Shown piece by piece: positions 15,565 to 24,198 of a stretch of DNA of 44,143 nt. The stretch's first letter is position 1. Each line of letters begins with the position of its first letter. A program made the translations under genes and the position numbers. The notes beneath the pieces are model-generated. The model worked only from the letters and a program-made list of their open reading frames with translations. It had not been told where the DNA came from and did no database searches. Origin of the DNA: Archangium sp. (GTDB lineage: Bacteria; Myxococcota; Myxococcia; Myxococcales; Myxococcaceae); the NCBI GenBank assembly GCA_031367385.1, contig JANLPS010000388.1, forward strand, positions 1 through 44,143, given 5' to 3'.

Positions 15565-16659
15565 TCACCTCGCCTGCGTGATGAAGCTGGTCACCCGTTG
15601 CCCGGGCACCAGCTGTGAGTGCCCCTCGAGCGCGATCACCACCTCGAGCACCTTGGTGTCGTTTTTCTCGGTAGGGTCATCGGTGCGAATGTTCTTTCGG
15701 CCGAAGCGACGACCAATCTCGGTGACTTGGCCGACGAACTTGGTCGCGCCGAAGGCGTCGGCGGTCACCCAAGACGGGTTGCCAACGGCTACCCGGGCGA
15801 TGTCGCGCTCATCGACGTCCATTCGAACTCGCAGCTTCGAGGTGTCGCCCATCACCAACAACGGCTCAGTGCCGGTGAAGCTGTAGAGCTCACCTTCGCG
15901 CACCTTGACCTGCAGAATTTCGCCGTCAATTGGAGCCCGAATGACCAACCGATCGACGGTCGCCTGGGCCTGGAGCACCCGCGCCTCAGCCGCGATCACC
16001 CTCGCCCGCTGAAACGAGATGTCTTCGAGCCGCGAGCCCGCTTCAGCGGCGCGAACTCGGGCTTCGGTCACCTTGAGATTCGCCTGCTCCGTTTGCGCCT
16101 GACGGCGGGCGCGATCGAGCTCGTCTTGAGTGGCGGCACCCGATTTCGCGAGCTGTTCGGTGCGGGCGGCGACGCCGAGGGCCAGCTCGGCCTTGGCCTT
16201 GGCCGCCGAAGCTTCAGCCAGCACGGCGTCGCGATCTTCGACGCGCAGGCCCCTCAAGGTGCGGGCCAGGTTGGCCTTCTCGCCGGCGAGGTCGGCTTCG
16301 GCGGCCTTGAGCGCCGCGCCCTCGACGCCCGAGGCCAGCTGAACCACCAGGTCTCCCGCCTTGACCTTCGCGCCCTCGGCGACGAGCACCTTCTCGACCA
16401 CTGCCGAGACCTGCGCGGCCACCCGCGTCTCTCGCTGCGCGGGCTCGACGACGCCGTTGCCTGCCACCACCTGGCCCTGGTCGAGCACCGGGCCCTTCAC
16501 ATCGGCGCCGCCCACCCGCGAAACCGCCTCGCGTTCGGCTGTGGCAGCGTCTTTGCTCACCGGTGCCGTCACCGGCGCGGCGACCGCCGTTCGCACGATT
16601 TGAAAACCACAAGTGCCCAGGAGCACGAAGAACACAACGGCCGGGAGTCTCTTTTTCAT
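15565..16659 (-). CDS. HlyD/membrane-fusion periplasmic adaptor
   Basis: GNGVVEP, VLVAEGAKVKAGD, coiled coil, IRAPIDGEIL, DVDERDIARV; alternative TTG start at 16677. Confidence 0.9.
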   Translation of the reverse strand: MKKRLPAVVFFVLLGTCGFQIVRTAVAAPVTAPVSKDAATAEREAVSRVGGADVKGPVLDQGQVVAGNGVVEPAQRETRVAAQVSAVVEKVLVAEGAKVKAGDLVVQLASGVEGAALKAAEADLAGEKANLARTLRGLRVEDRDAVLAEASAAKAKAELALGVAARTEQLAKSGAATQDELDRARRQAQTEQANLKVTEARVRAAEAGSRLEDISFQRARVIAAEARVLQAQATVDRLVIRAPIDGEILQVKVREGELYSFTGTEPLLVMGDTSKLRVRMDVDERDIARVAVGNPSWVTADAFGATKFVGQVTEIGRRFGRKNIRTDDPTEKNDTKVLEVVIALEGHSQLVPGQRVTSFITQAR

Positions 16660-16673
16660 GGTCGTTTCTCTTT

Positions 16674-17375
16674 TCAAACCAGACCGGCATTCGCGGGGGG
16701 CGGCACGATCAAGCCGTCTTCGATGAACACCATTCGGTCAGCGAGGTGAAAAATTCGGTTGTCGTGGGTCACGACGATGACGGTGTGGCCACGCTCACTC
16801 GAGAGGCTCTTGAGCAACTGCGTGACCGCCATGCCCGACTCGGCGTCGAGGCTCGCGGTGGGTTCGTCAGCCAAGATGAGCGGAGGCCGCCCAGCCACCG
16901 CCCGCGCGACTGACACCCGCTGCCGCTGACCACCCGACAGATCTTGCGGCAGGCTCTTGAGCTTGGCGCTGAGCCCCACCGCCGAGAGCACCTCTCTGGC
17001 TTCTGCCAAAGCGGCCTTTCGGGTGTACCCGCGCAGCTCGAGCGGCAGCGCGACGTTCTGCTCTGCGTTGAGCGCCGGCATCAGGTTGTGGCCCTGAAAA
17101 ATGAAGCCGATGTATTCGAGGCGAAGCCTCGGCAAGTCACGCTCGGGGCGGCCGTGCAGCGGCTGACCGAACAAGAAGCCCTGCCCTGCCGTCGGGTTGA
17201 GCACGCAGCCCAAAATCGACAGCAGCGTCGTCTTGCCACTGCCAGAGGGGCCGACGAGCATCATAAACTCGCCCGCGCCCACCGTCAGGTCGATGCCCTT
17301 GAGCGCCTGAAAAGTGAGCGCTCCTTCGCCGTACACCTTGGTCAGGGCCTTCAGCTCGACCGCTGGTGCGCTCAC
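16674..17375 (-). CDS. ABC transporter ATP-binding protein (LolD/DevA-like)
   Basis: GPSGSGKT, LSGGQRQR, ILADEPT, VTHD. Confidence 0.95.
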   Translation of the reverse strand: MSAPAVELKALTKVYGEGALTFQALKGIDLTVGAGEFMMLVGPSGSGKTTLLSILGCVLNPTAGQGFLFGQPLHGRPERDLPRLRLEYIGFIFQGHNLMPALNAEQNVALPLELRGYTRKAALAEAREVLSAVGLSAKLKSLPQDLSGGQRQRVSVARAVAGRPPLILADEPTASLDAESGMAVTQLLKSLSSERGHTVIVVTHDNRIFHLADRMVFIEDGLIVPPPANAGLV

Positions 17376-18565
17376 CTGAACACCATCGCCGGCTCGAGCT
17401 TGCGAAGCCGCAGCAGGGCCAGAATCGAGGCGACCAGGCAGACGAACACCATCACCACCACCGTGAGCGCGAGGGCCTGCGGCAACACGATGGGCGTCAG
17501 CTGCGGGTTGCGCATGCTGGTGACCATGCCTGACACCGCGCCGAGCCCGATGAGAGACCCCACCAGCCCGTACACCACCGCCTGTACGAAGAGCAGCAGC
17601 GCCAAATCGAAGTTCGTGGAGCCGATGGCCTTGAGTGTGCCAAAGGCCCGCATGTTGTCGACGACCGACGAGAACATCGAGAGCGCCACGGTGATCAGCC
17701 CGACGATCAGCCCCATCAAGGTCGACGTGCCGAAGCTGAGCCCGATCTGCGTCGCCGTAATCAGGTAGACGATGATTTCATGCATGTAGACCGCGCGGGT
17801 CATCACCCGGGTCTCAGGCAGCAGCCCCTGCAGCCGCCTCGAGACCTCGTCGGGGTCGGCCCCCGGCAGCAGCCCGACCATGATGAATGTGTGCTGGTCG
17901 CTGGGCACCTTCGCGATCGAGCGCGCCAACGAGGCTTCGGCGAACGCGTACGCGGGAGCGAACGGCAACAGCCCCCAGGTGAACCCCACCGCCTGCACTT
18001 TGTGGCCCGAGAGCTCGCGAATGCTGCCGTAGTTGAGGCCTCCGAATTTTTCGCGCTCGGCGTCTTCGAAGATGACCGCGTCAGGCTGGGTGAGCGCTTT
18101 GGTTTCACCTCGAACTAGGTTCCACGGCCCTCCGGCGAAACGGGGGGCGGCAGTGCCAATCAACGTGACCGGCTCACTGCCTCCGTTGGGTAACTGCAGC
18201 TGCGCGGTCTGCATCAGCAACGGCTCGGCCCACGCCACACCCTCGGTCGCTCGCGCGCGGTTCAGCTGCGCATCATTGAGCGGCTTGCCGGCCTGAAATT
18301 GCCGGGTACCGGGGGGCGTGACCCAAATGTCGACCTGGGCGTTCTCGACGAACATTTTGTTTTTGTAGGCGAGCGCGAGAAAGGTACCGGCTTGAAAGTT
18401 GCCCAGCACCACCGCGAAGACCACCCCGAACAGGGTGCCGAGCAGCTTGAGTCGGTCGAAGAACATCATCTTGATGCCCATGTCGGCCATGGTTCTGGCG
18501 CGGCGTATGAGGCTTGCGCGGGTCGCGATCGGTTGGGCCATCGCGCGGGGGGGTGAGGGGGTCAC
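17372..18565 (-). CDS. ABC transporter permease (FtsX/MacB/DevC-like)
   Basis: N-terminal TM, periplasmic domain, FGTLKAIG, three C-terminal TMs, LEPAMVFR end; exact start uncertain. Confidence 0.9.
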   Translation of the reverse strand: MTPSPPRAMAQPIATRASLIRRARTMADMGIKMMFFDRLKLLGTLFGVVFAVVLGNFQAGTFLALAYKNKMFVENAQVDIWVTPPGTRQFQAGKPLNDAQLNRARATEGVAWAEPLLMQTAQLQLPNGGSEPVTLIGTAAPRFAGGPWNLVRGETKALTQPDAVIFEDAEREKFGGLNYGSIRELSGHKVQAVGFTWGLLPFAPAYAFAEASLARSIAKVPSDQHTFIMVGLLPGADPDEVSRRLQGLLPETRVMTRAVYMHEIIVYLITATQIGLSFGTSTLMGLIVGLITVALSMFSSVVDNMRAFGTLKAIGSTNFDLALLLFVQAVVYGLVGSLIGLGAVSGMVTSMRNPQLTPIVLPQALALTVVVMVFVCLVASILALLRLRKLEPAMVFR

Positions 18566-19848
18566 GGTGATTGCTCCAGGGGCAGGCCTGCGCTCAAGTG
18601 CAACGACGCCCGCGCCGAGGCCAGGTCGAAGCGGGCTTGAATGTCATTCACCTCGGCCGAGAACACATCGCGGTCGCTCTGAATCACGTCGAGCTGGGTG
18701 GCGACTCCCGCCGCGTTTCGCTCGCGGGTCAGGGCCGCCGCGCGCTGCGCCGAATCAACCTGCGCTTGAGCGGCGGTCACCTTGGTGAGTGCGGCGTGAA
18801 CCCGTTGCCAATCGGAGTGGATCTCATCTCTGGCCTGCTGTCGGGCCTTCTGGGCGTTGATGGCAGCGTTCTGCTCGGCCGCGGCCGACGCGCGGAGCGC
18901 TTGCACGCCCACCAGGTCGAGGCGCCAATTCAGGTTGAGCCCAGCGTTCCACAAAGCGGGTTCGCCTTGAAAGCCGGTGGCGTTGGTGAACCGCTGCGTG
19001 AACTGCGCGTTGACGGTGGGGGCCAGCGTCGCATCGGCGGCGAGCGAGTTGCGGCCCGCGGCGAGCACGTCTTGGTCCGCGGCGCTCACCGATGGGAGCG
19101 CTTCGAAGCGGCCCTCGAGCTCGGTGAGCGCGCGCTCTTCGTGCAAGTCGTCGCTGCCGATGCCACGCACCTCCCGCGGCTCGAGGCCTGTGATGGTGAG
19201 CAGCGAGCGTTCTGCGTTCGCGACCTGCGCCTCGGCGTCGGCGAGCACCTGCCGGTTTCGGTCGACCTCGGCTTTGGCGCGAAAGATCTCGAGGTCAGTG
19301 GCGGTACCCGCGGCCTGCCGGGCCTGCTGCTGCCCGAGCTGGGCCTGCGCGACGGTCAGTGATTTGAGGGCCGAGGCCTGAAGCGAGCGTGACCCGGCCA
19401 GCACGTAGAATGCCGTCACCACCTGGCGGTGCACCTGCTGCCGAGTCACCAGTTCTCGAACCTCAGCGCCCTCGGCCCGGGCAAGGCTCGAAGCGCTGCG
19501 AAACCACCGGGCCGGGTCGATCACCGGCACCTCGACCTTGAGCGTCGCGTCGAGTTGGTCCTTCGGTACGATGGTGACCGTTTGAGAGCTGGTCGGCCCC
19601 GTGGGCAGCGTGACGATCGCGGGGTACTGGTTGTGCGTCCACGCTCCGGTGACGGTCAGGGCCGGCAGCAGCCCGCCCCAGGCCTGGCCTGCTTCACTGC
19701 GCGCCGTCAGCGTCGCGACCGCGCTCAGCCGACCGTCGAGATTGTGCTCGTCGGCTGAGCTCAGAAACGCCGCGAGCGTCTGGGCCTGCGCCGCGAACGC
19801 ATGCAGGCACGTCAAAAGCCCCACTCGGTAGAATTGTGCGGTTGTCAT
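18562..19848 (-). CDS. TolC family outer-membrane efflux protein
   Basis: Signal peptide; two OEP repeats (LLPALTV.../LAPTVNA..., AGTATDLEI / AGVATQLDV). Confidence 0.9.
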   Translation of the reverse strand: MTTAQFYRVGLLTCLHAFAAQAQTLAAFLSSADEHNLDGRLSAVATLTARSEAGQAWGGLLPALTVTGAWTHNQYPAIVTLPTGPTSSQTVTIVPKDQLDATLKVEVPVIDPARWFRSASSLARAEGAEVRELVTRQQVHRQVVTAFYVLAGSRSLQASALKSLTVAQAQLGQQQARQAAGTATDLEIFRAKAEVDRNRQVLADAEAQVANAERSLLTITGLEPREVRGIGSDDLHEERALTELEGRFEALPSVSAADQDVLAAGRNSLAADATLAPTVNAQFTQRFTNATGFQGEPALWNAGLNLNWRLDLVGVQALRASAAAEQNAAINAQKARQQARDEIHSDWQRVHAALTKVTAAQAQVDSAQRAAALTRERNAAGVATQLDVIQSDRDVFSAEVNDIQARFDLASARASLHLSAGLPLEQSP

Positions 19849-19939
19849 AATTTATTCAACGGGTTGCTGGGTCGGTGCCGGTCAAAATTCGCATTGGCGA
19901 TTGCGTAGTACGGTCGAGGCATTTAATTGTTTCGGTGTC

Positions 19940-20590
19940 TTGGCTCGAACTGTTGGCGCACGAAACGCAGACTACGAAGATCAGCGGCTCGCACTGGCGC
20001 GACGGGTTCGATCAACCGTTCTCAAGCGAGATGGCTTGCGGGCATCGATGCGAGCGCTCGCCTCAGCGTCTCGAACGAGCGTCGCCACGCTCAAGCACTA
20101 TTTCCACGACCGAGAAGGAGTGATTCGCGGTGTGATGGAGGTGATTCGCTTCGATTCGTCACCGTACTTGGCAATGGCCGGTACGCCGATACAAGGCGAC
20201 GTTCGACGCTCGCTGCTGACGATGCTGCAAGGGCTCAAAACCGCGTGGTTCGAGCACGACGTCGGCCGAATGCACTCGATGTCACTCGCGGCGGGGTTGG
20301 TGACCGAGCCGTTGGGGCCGTCGTACGTCAACTTCTTGCTCGAGCCGATGCTCGAGAGCGGCGAGACCCGGCTTCGACGGCACGTCGAGCGAAAAGAGCT
20401 GTGCGACTGCAACGTGCGCTACGCCGCCTTGCACTTGCTGGGCCCCGTCGTCTTGGCTTTGCTGCACCAAGATTCATTGGGGGGCGCGGCCTGCCGACCC
20501 CTCGACCTCGATGACTTTTTGAAGCGGCATGTCGATGCGTTCTTGTGCGCCTACAAGCCGACGCCCGAGGGCACCCGGTCGCCTGGTTGA
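19940..20590 (+). CDS. TetR/AcrR family regulator, divergent from the exporter
   Basis: HTH ASMRALASASRTSVATLKHYF; probable TTG start at 19940 (ORF open from 19901). Confidence 0.8.
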   Translation: MARTVGARNADYEDQRLALARRVRSTVLKRDGLRASMRALASASRTSVATLKHYFHDREGVIRGVMEVIRFDSSPYLAMAGTPIQGDVRRSLLTMLQGLKTAWFEHDVGRMHSMSLAAGLVTEPLGPSYVNFLLEPMLESGETRLRRHVERKELCDCNVRYAALHLLGPVVLALLHQDSLGGAACRPLDLDDFLKRHVDAFLCAYKPTPEGTRSPG

Positions 20591-20629
20591 CAGCTCGCGA
20601 CCCCCCCTCGGTGAGATGCCCCGCACGTT

Positions 20630-21364
20630 CTAGTCGGTGCCGACTTGTTCCATGAACTCGACGGTCTTGAGCTTGCGCCCGAGGTGATGGGCGATGAATA
20701 CGTTGAGCAACGCACGAGCCCGGGCCCGAATATCGGGAGGCAGTGGGACTCTCGCGCCCGCTTGCAGTGCCGCCAACGCCTCGACCACCTGCGGAGCCAC
20801 CGGCACCCCGCCCGGCTGCCGTTGACTGCAATTCGCGCACATCACCCCACCATGCTCGGGGTCGAAGCGCGGCTGCGGCCCCGTCGGCCCCGCGCAAATC
20901 GCACAGGGGGTAAACCGCGGCATGAACCCGGTCTGCTCGAGCGCATCGAGCTCGAACTTCAGCAACGACGTCGGCCCTGCCTGCCTCGCGTCGAGCCGCT
21001 TCAAATAATCGAGCAGTAAATCGAACAACGTCTCGTGCGGCTCATGGTCTCGCGTCAATTCCCGGCACAACTCCAAGCAGTACATCGCCCTCGCGATGTG
21101 ACCCAGGTCATCACGCAGGTGATGAAAGCTTTGCTGAATGTCAGCCCCATCGAGCCGGCTCGTATCGCCCCGCGTCTCGACCAGCTGCACCTTCAAATGC
21201 GTCGTCGGCTCGAGCGCCCCGGCGAACCGCCGCTTCGACTTCCGCGCTCCATTCGCGAACGCCGACACGCGCCCATGCCCTCGGGTGAACAACGTCACGA
21301 TTCGATCGGCCTCGCCGTAGTCGAGCGACGACAACACAATCGCCTCGTCGACAAAGCGCTCCAC
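20630..21364 (-). CDS. recO: DNA repair protein RecO
   Basis: DYGEADRIVTLFTRGHG, GARKSKRRFAGALEP, Zn finger CAIC...CANC. Confidence 0.95.
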   Translation of the reverse strand: MERFVDEAIVLSSLDYGEADRIVTLFTRGHGRVSAFANGARKSKRRFAGALEPTTHLKVQLVETRGDTSRLDGADIQQSFHHLRDDLGHIARAMYCLELCRELTRDHEPHETLFDLLLDYLKRLDARQAGPTSLLKFELDALEQTGFMPRFTPCAICAGPTGPQPRFDPEHGGVMCANCSQRQPGGVPVAPQVVEALAALQAGARVPLPPDIRARARALLNVFIAHHLGRKLKTVEFMEQVGTD

Positions 21365-21371
21365 GCGTCAG

Positions 21372-21773
21372 TCAGCGATGCGCGTACTTGAGCGCAAGCT
21401 CCGTCATCATGTTGAACGCCAGGCCCAGCGCACCGACCGACAGCGCAGCCAGCACCAACCACATCGTGGTCAACGCATTGCTTCGGCGCACCACTTCGAG
21501 CTCAGCGGGGTCGAAGTGCTCAGCGACGGGCACGCCGGGTATTTCTTGGTAGCGGTTCACCGCGTCGTCACCCGACAACCCCACCGCCGCCGCGTACGAG
21601 CGAATGTAATTGAGCACGAACACCCGCTCGGGAAACCGCTCAGCGTGCCCCGCCTCGAGCGCCTCGAGCAACGTCGGAGGGATCTTCGTGCTCTGCGCAA
21701 CCACCTCGAGCGACAACCCACGCAGCTCCCGTTGTTGCCGCAAGAATTGCCCGAACTCCGTGACTTCTTTCAT
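21372..21773 (-). CDS. RodZ-like HTH protein with C-terminal TM
   Basis: GQFLRQQRELRGLSL..TKIP..LEALEAG..YIRSYA; ATG overlaps the upstream stop (ATGA). Confidence 0.85.
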   Translation of the reverse strand: MKEVTEFGQFLRQQRELRGLSLEVVAQSTKIPPTLLEALEAGHAERFPERVFVLNYIRSYAAAVGLSGDDAVNRYQEIPGVPVAEHFDPAELEVVRRSNALTTMWLVLAALSVGALGLAFNMMTELALKYAHR

Positions 21774-22984
21774 GGGGCCAACTGCTCCTTGAGCTTCGCG
21801 CACTGCTCTTTCAAGTCATCGCCCTTCGCCTTTTCGACGCAGGTGGCGAAGCTCTTGACCGCCAGCGCGCCGTTGCCGGTCTTCGCCTGACACACGCCCT
21901 CACGACGGTACGCGTCGGCCTCAGCGGGGCACGACTCGCGGTACTTTGCGAACGCCTTGCACGACTCGGCGCTGCTGTTCTGCTCTTCGTACAACATGCC
22001 CAGCTGCAAGTAGCTCAAGCAGTACTTGCCGTTCATCGCGATCGAATTGCGCAGGTGCTCGATGGCGTTCTTGATCTCGCCCTTCTTGTAATACGCCCAC
22101 CCCATGTTGCCCTGCGCGATGAACGGAGCGCCGTACAGCACATCACCCAGCGCCAGCTCGTACTGCTTGATCGCCTCGTCGTACCGCTGCTGGTCGACGT
22201 ACAAATTGCCCAGGTTCACGCGGGCTTCGCTGAAGGGGTCTTTGAGCTCGATCGCCTTCAGGTACGCCGCCTGCGCCTCGGGCAATTTGCCGAACGCCGT
22301 GTGCAGCAGCATGCCCTTGAGGTGCCAGTTGTCGGCGCTCTGGGGGTTCAAGGCGATGGCGCTCTCGATTTCTTTGTAGGCCTCCTGCGGCCGCTCGACC
22401 ATTTGGCTCACGGCCAGGTCGTAGTGCGCCTGACTGCCGGTGCGGTCAGCCTCAGAGACATGCACGCAGCTGGCGAGCAGCAGGCTCAAACAGAACGCGC
22501 CGAACAACTTGCCCAAGCTCGAGAGCGCATGGGTGCGCCCCGTCGGAGGCCGGGTGCCCGACCCGCTCGAGCTCGGCACCGTGCCCAACGCAGCCTTCGA
22601 GGGGGGCTCACGCTGAAAGACCGCCAGGTCTCGAATCAGCACGTCTTGTTCATCGGCGGGGCGGCCTCGAAAGTTCAAGTTGTCCATGATGAAGCCCATC
22701 GACTCGGTGAAGGCGAGCGCCTCGGCTTCTTCGTTCTGGTACTGGTCGGGCGGTACGGTGCCGTTCGAGGGCACGTAGACAGCGCATTCGGCGCTGTCGC
22801 CCAGGTGCAGGTAGACGAAGACCGCGAACCCGCTCGGCCCCCGCAGGCCCAGCACGAAGCCCTGCGCCGGCCCCGCCTTGCGCCCCGGCACCGCCAAGTG
22901 CGGCTGGTTGAGTGACTGGTACAGCTGCACGACCTGCTCTTTGAGCGCCGGCAGACCCTTCAACCGTTCGTCGATGGCAAACAC
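21770..22984 (-). CDS. tgl: Tgl/PilF-type TPR pilotin fused to an N-terminal ~156-aa domain
   Basis: Internal lipobox LLASC at C173, TPRs (ARVNLGNLY, AQGNMGWAYY), six C-terminal Cys, myxobacterial tgl-HTH-recO synteny. Confidence 0.8.
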   Translation of the reverse strand: MFAIDERLKGLPALKEQVVQLYQSLNQPHLAVPGRKAGPAQGFVLGLRGPSGFAVFVYLHLGDSAECAVYVPSNGTVPPDQYQNEEAEALAFTESMGFIMDNLNFRGRPADEQDVLIRDLAVFQREPPSKAALGTVPSSSGSGTRPPTGRTHALSSLGKLFGAFCLSLLLASCVHVSEADRTGSQAHYDLAVSQMVERPQEAYKEIESAIALNPQSADNWHLKGMLLHTAFGKLPEAQAAYLKAIELKDPFSEARVNLGNLYVDQQRYDEAIKQYELALGDVLYGAPFIAQGNMGWAYYKKGEIKNAIEHLRNSIAMNGKYCLSYLQLGMLYEEQNSSAESCKAFAKYRESCPAEADAYRREGVCQAKTGNGALAVKSFATCVEKAKGDDLKEQCAKLKEQLAP

Positions 22985-23019
22985 GTGGGTGTTGACTCCT
23001 TGAACGCGATGAACGGGCT

Positions 23020-23619
23020 TTAGTGGGTGGTGAGCGTGAACTCTTGGGTGACGTCGTTCTGGTCGGCGGCGGTGCGGGTGAAGGTGATGACCGGCTTGTC
23101 GATGACGACCTGCTCGGTGCTGCTCTTGCCTTCGCCGATGATGACGCGAAAGACGGCGCCTTTGGCGGTGCTGCGCGGTTCTCCCGGGGTGGCGAGGTGC
23201 TTCTTGGCCTGCAGCAACACCTGGTTTCGCCCCGGGCGCAAGGTCTGGGTCAGCTCGGAGATGAGCTGGTCATCGGCCGAGTGCATCGTGCGAATGAATT
23301 TACCGTTCAAGAAGAAGTCGATGTCGTACTCGGTCGCACCCTGCGGCGTCTGCTCGGTCACCAGAAAATACTTCTTCGAGATGATGCCCTCGTTGGCCAC
23401 CGGCGCGCTTTCAGCCGGCGGAGCGACCGTCACCCGTTTGACTGAGTACCCCGGCGCTTCGATGCGAACGTTGCCCTTTTCGTCGAGCCGCACGTTCACC
23501 TTGTCGAATGACTGATTGGCCAGACCGTCGACGTTGACGCCGTTGATGTAGACCTCGGCCGCCGAAGCGCCCAGGGCCCAACTCGCTGCCAGCAGCAGCA
23601 CCAGTCGATTCGCGCGCAT
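23020..23619 (-). CDS. Secreted hypothetical protein
   Basis: Sec signal ending ASA; beta-rich; VYINGVNVDGL. Confidence 0.75.
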   Translation of the reverse strand: MRANRLVLLLAASWALGASAAEVYINGVNVDGLANQSFDKVNVRLDEKGNVRIEAPGYSVKRVTVAPPAESAPVANEGIISKKYFLVTEQTPQGATEYDIDFFLNGKFIRTMHSADDQLISELTQTLRPGRNQVLLQAKKHLATPGEPRSTAKGAVFRVIIGEGKSSTEQVVIDKPVITFTRTAADQNDVTQEFTLTTH

Positions 23620-23685
23620 GGCTCTGGTGATACCCCATTTGGCAAACGGTTGGCACCGGGCAGAATTTTAAGGTAGCGCCGACGC

Positions 23686-24198
23686 ATGCCGTTTCTCGAA
23701 CGACTGAAACTCGCCTGGCGCATTCTCTTTGGCGGCGCGCTGCCCACGCAGCCACCCGTCGCGGCCTTGCCGGCCTCACAGCCGGTGGCGCCTCCGGTGC
23801 AGTTGACGCCCGAGCAGGTGCACGCCTCGGCCCTGTTCATGATGGGGCTGTTGCAGCGCGAGGGGCGGTTGCTCGACTTTCTGCAAGAAGACATCGCCCA
23901 GGTGGCCGACGCCGACTTGGGAGGGGCCGCCCGAATCGTTCACGAGGGCTGCCGCAAGGTGCTCAAGCAGTACCTGCCGCTGACGCCGGTGATGAACGAG
24001 GCCGAGGGCGCGCAGGTGAGCCTGTCGACCGGGTTCGACGCGAGCCGGTTTCGCCTGACCGGCAACGTGAGCGGCAACGGCCCGTGGAAAGGGGCGCTGC
24101 GGCACCACGGGTGGGTGGTGAGCTCGGTGCAGCTGCCGAGCGTACCGGTGTCGGTTGACGTAAAGGTCATCGCTCCCGCTGAAATCGAGGTCGCGTGA
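23686..24198 (+). CDS. DUF2760 domain protein
   Basis: LLQREGRLLDFLQEDI, AARIVHEGCRK, RLTGNV, LRHHGW, VIAPAEIEV. Confidence 0.85.
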   Translation: MPFLERLKLAWRILFGGALPTQPPVAALPASQPVAPPVQLTPEQVHASALFMMGLLQREGRLLDFLQEDIAQVADADLGGAARIVHEGCRKVLKQYLPLTPVMNEAEGAQVSLSTGFDASRFRLTGNVSGNGPWKGALRHHGWVVSSVQLPSVPVSVDVKVIAPAEIEVA

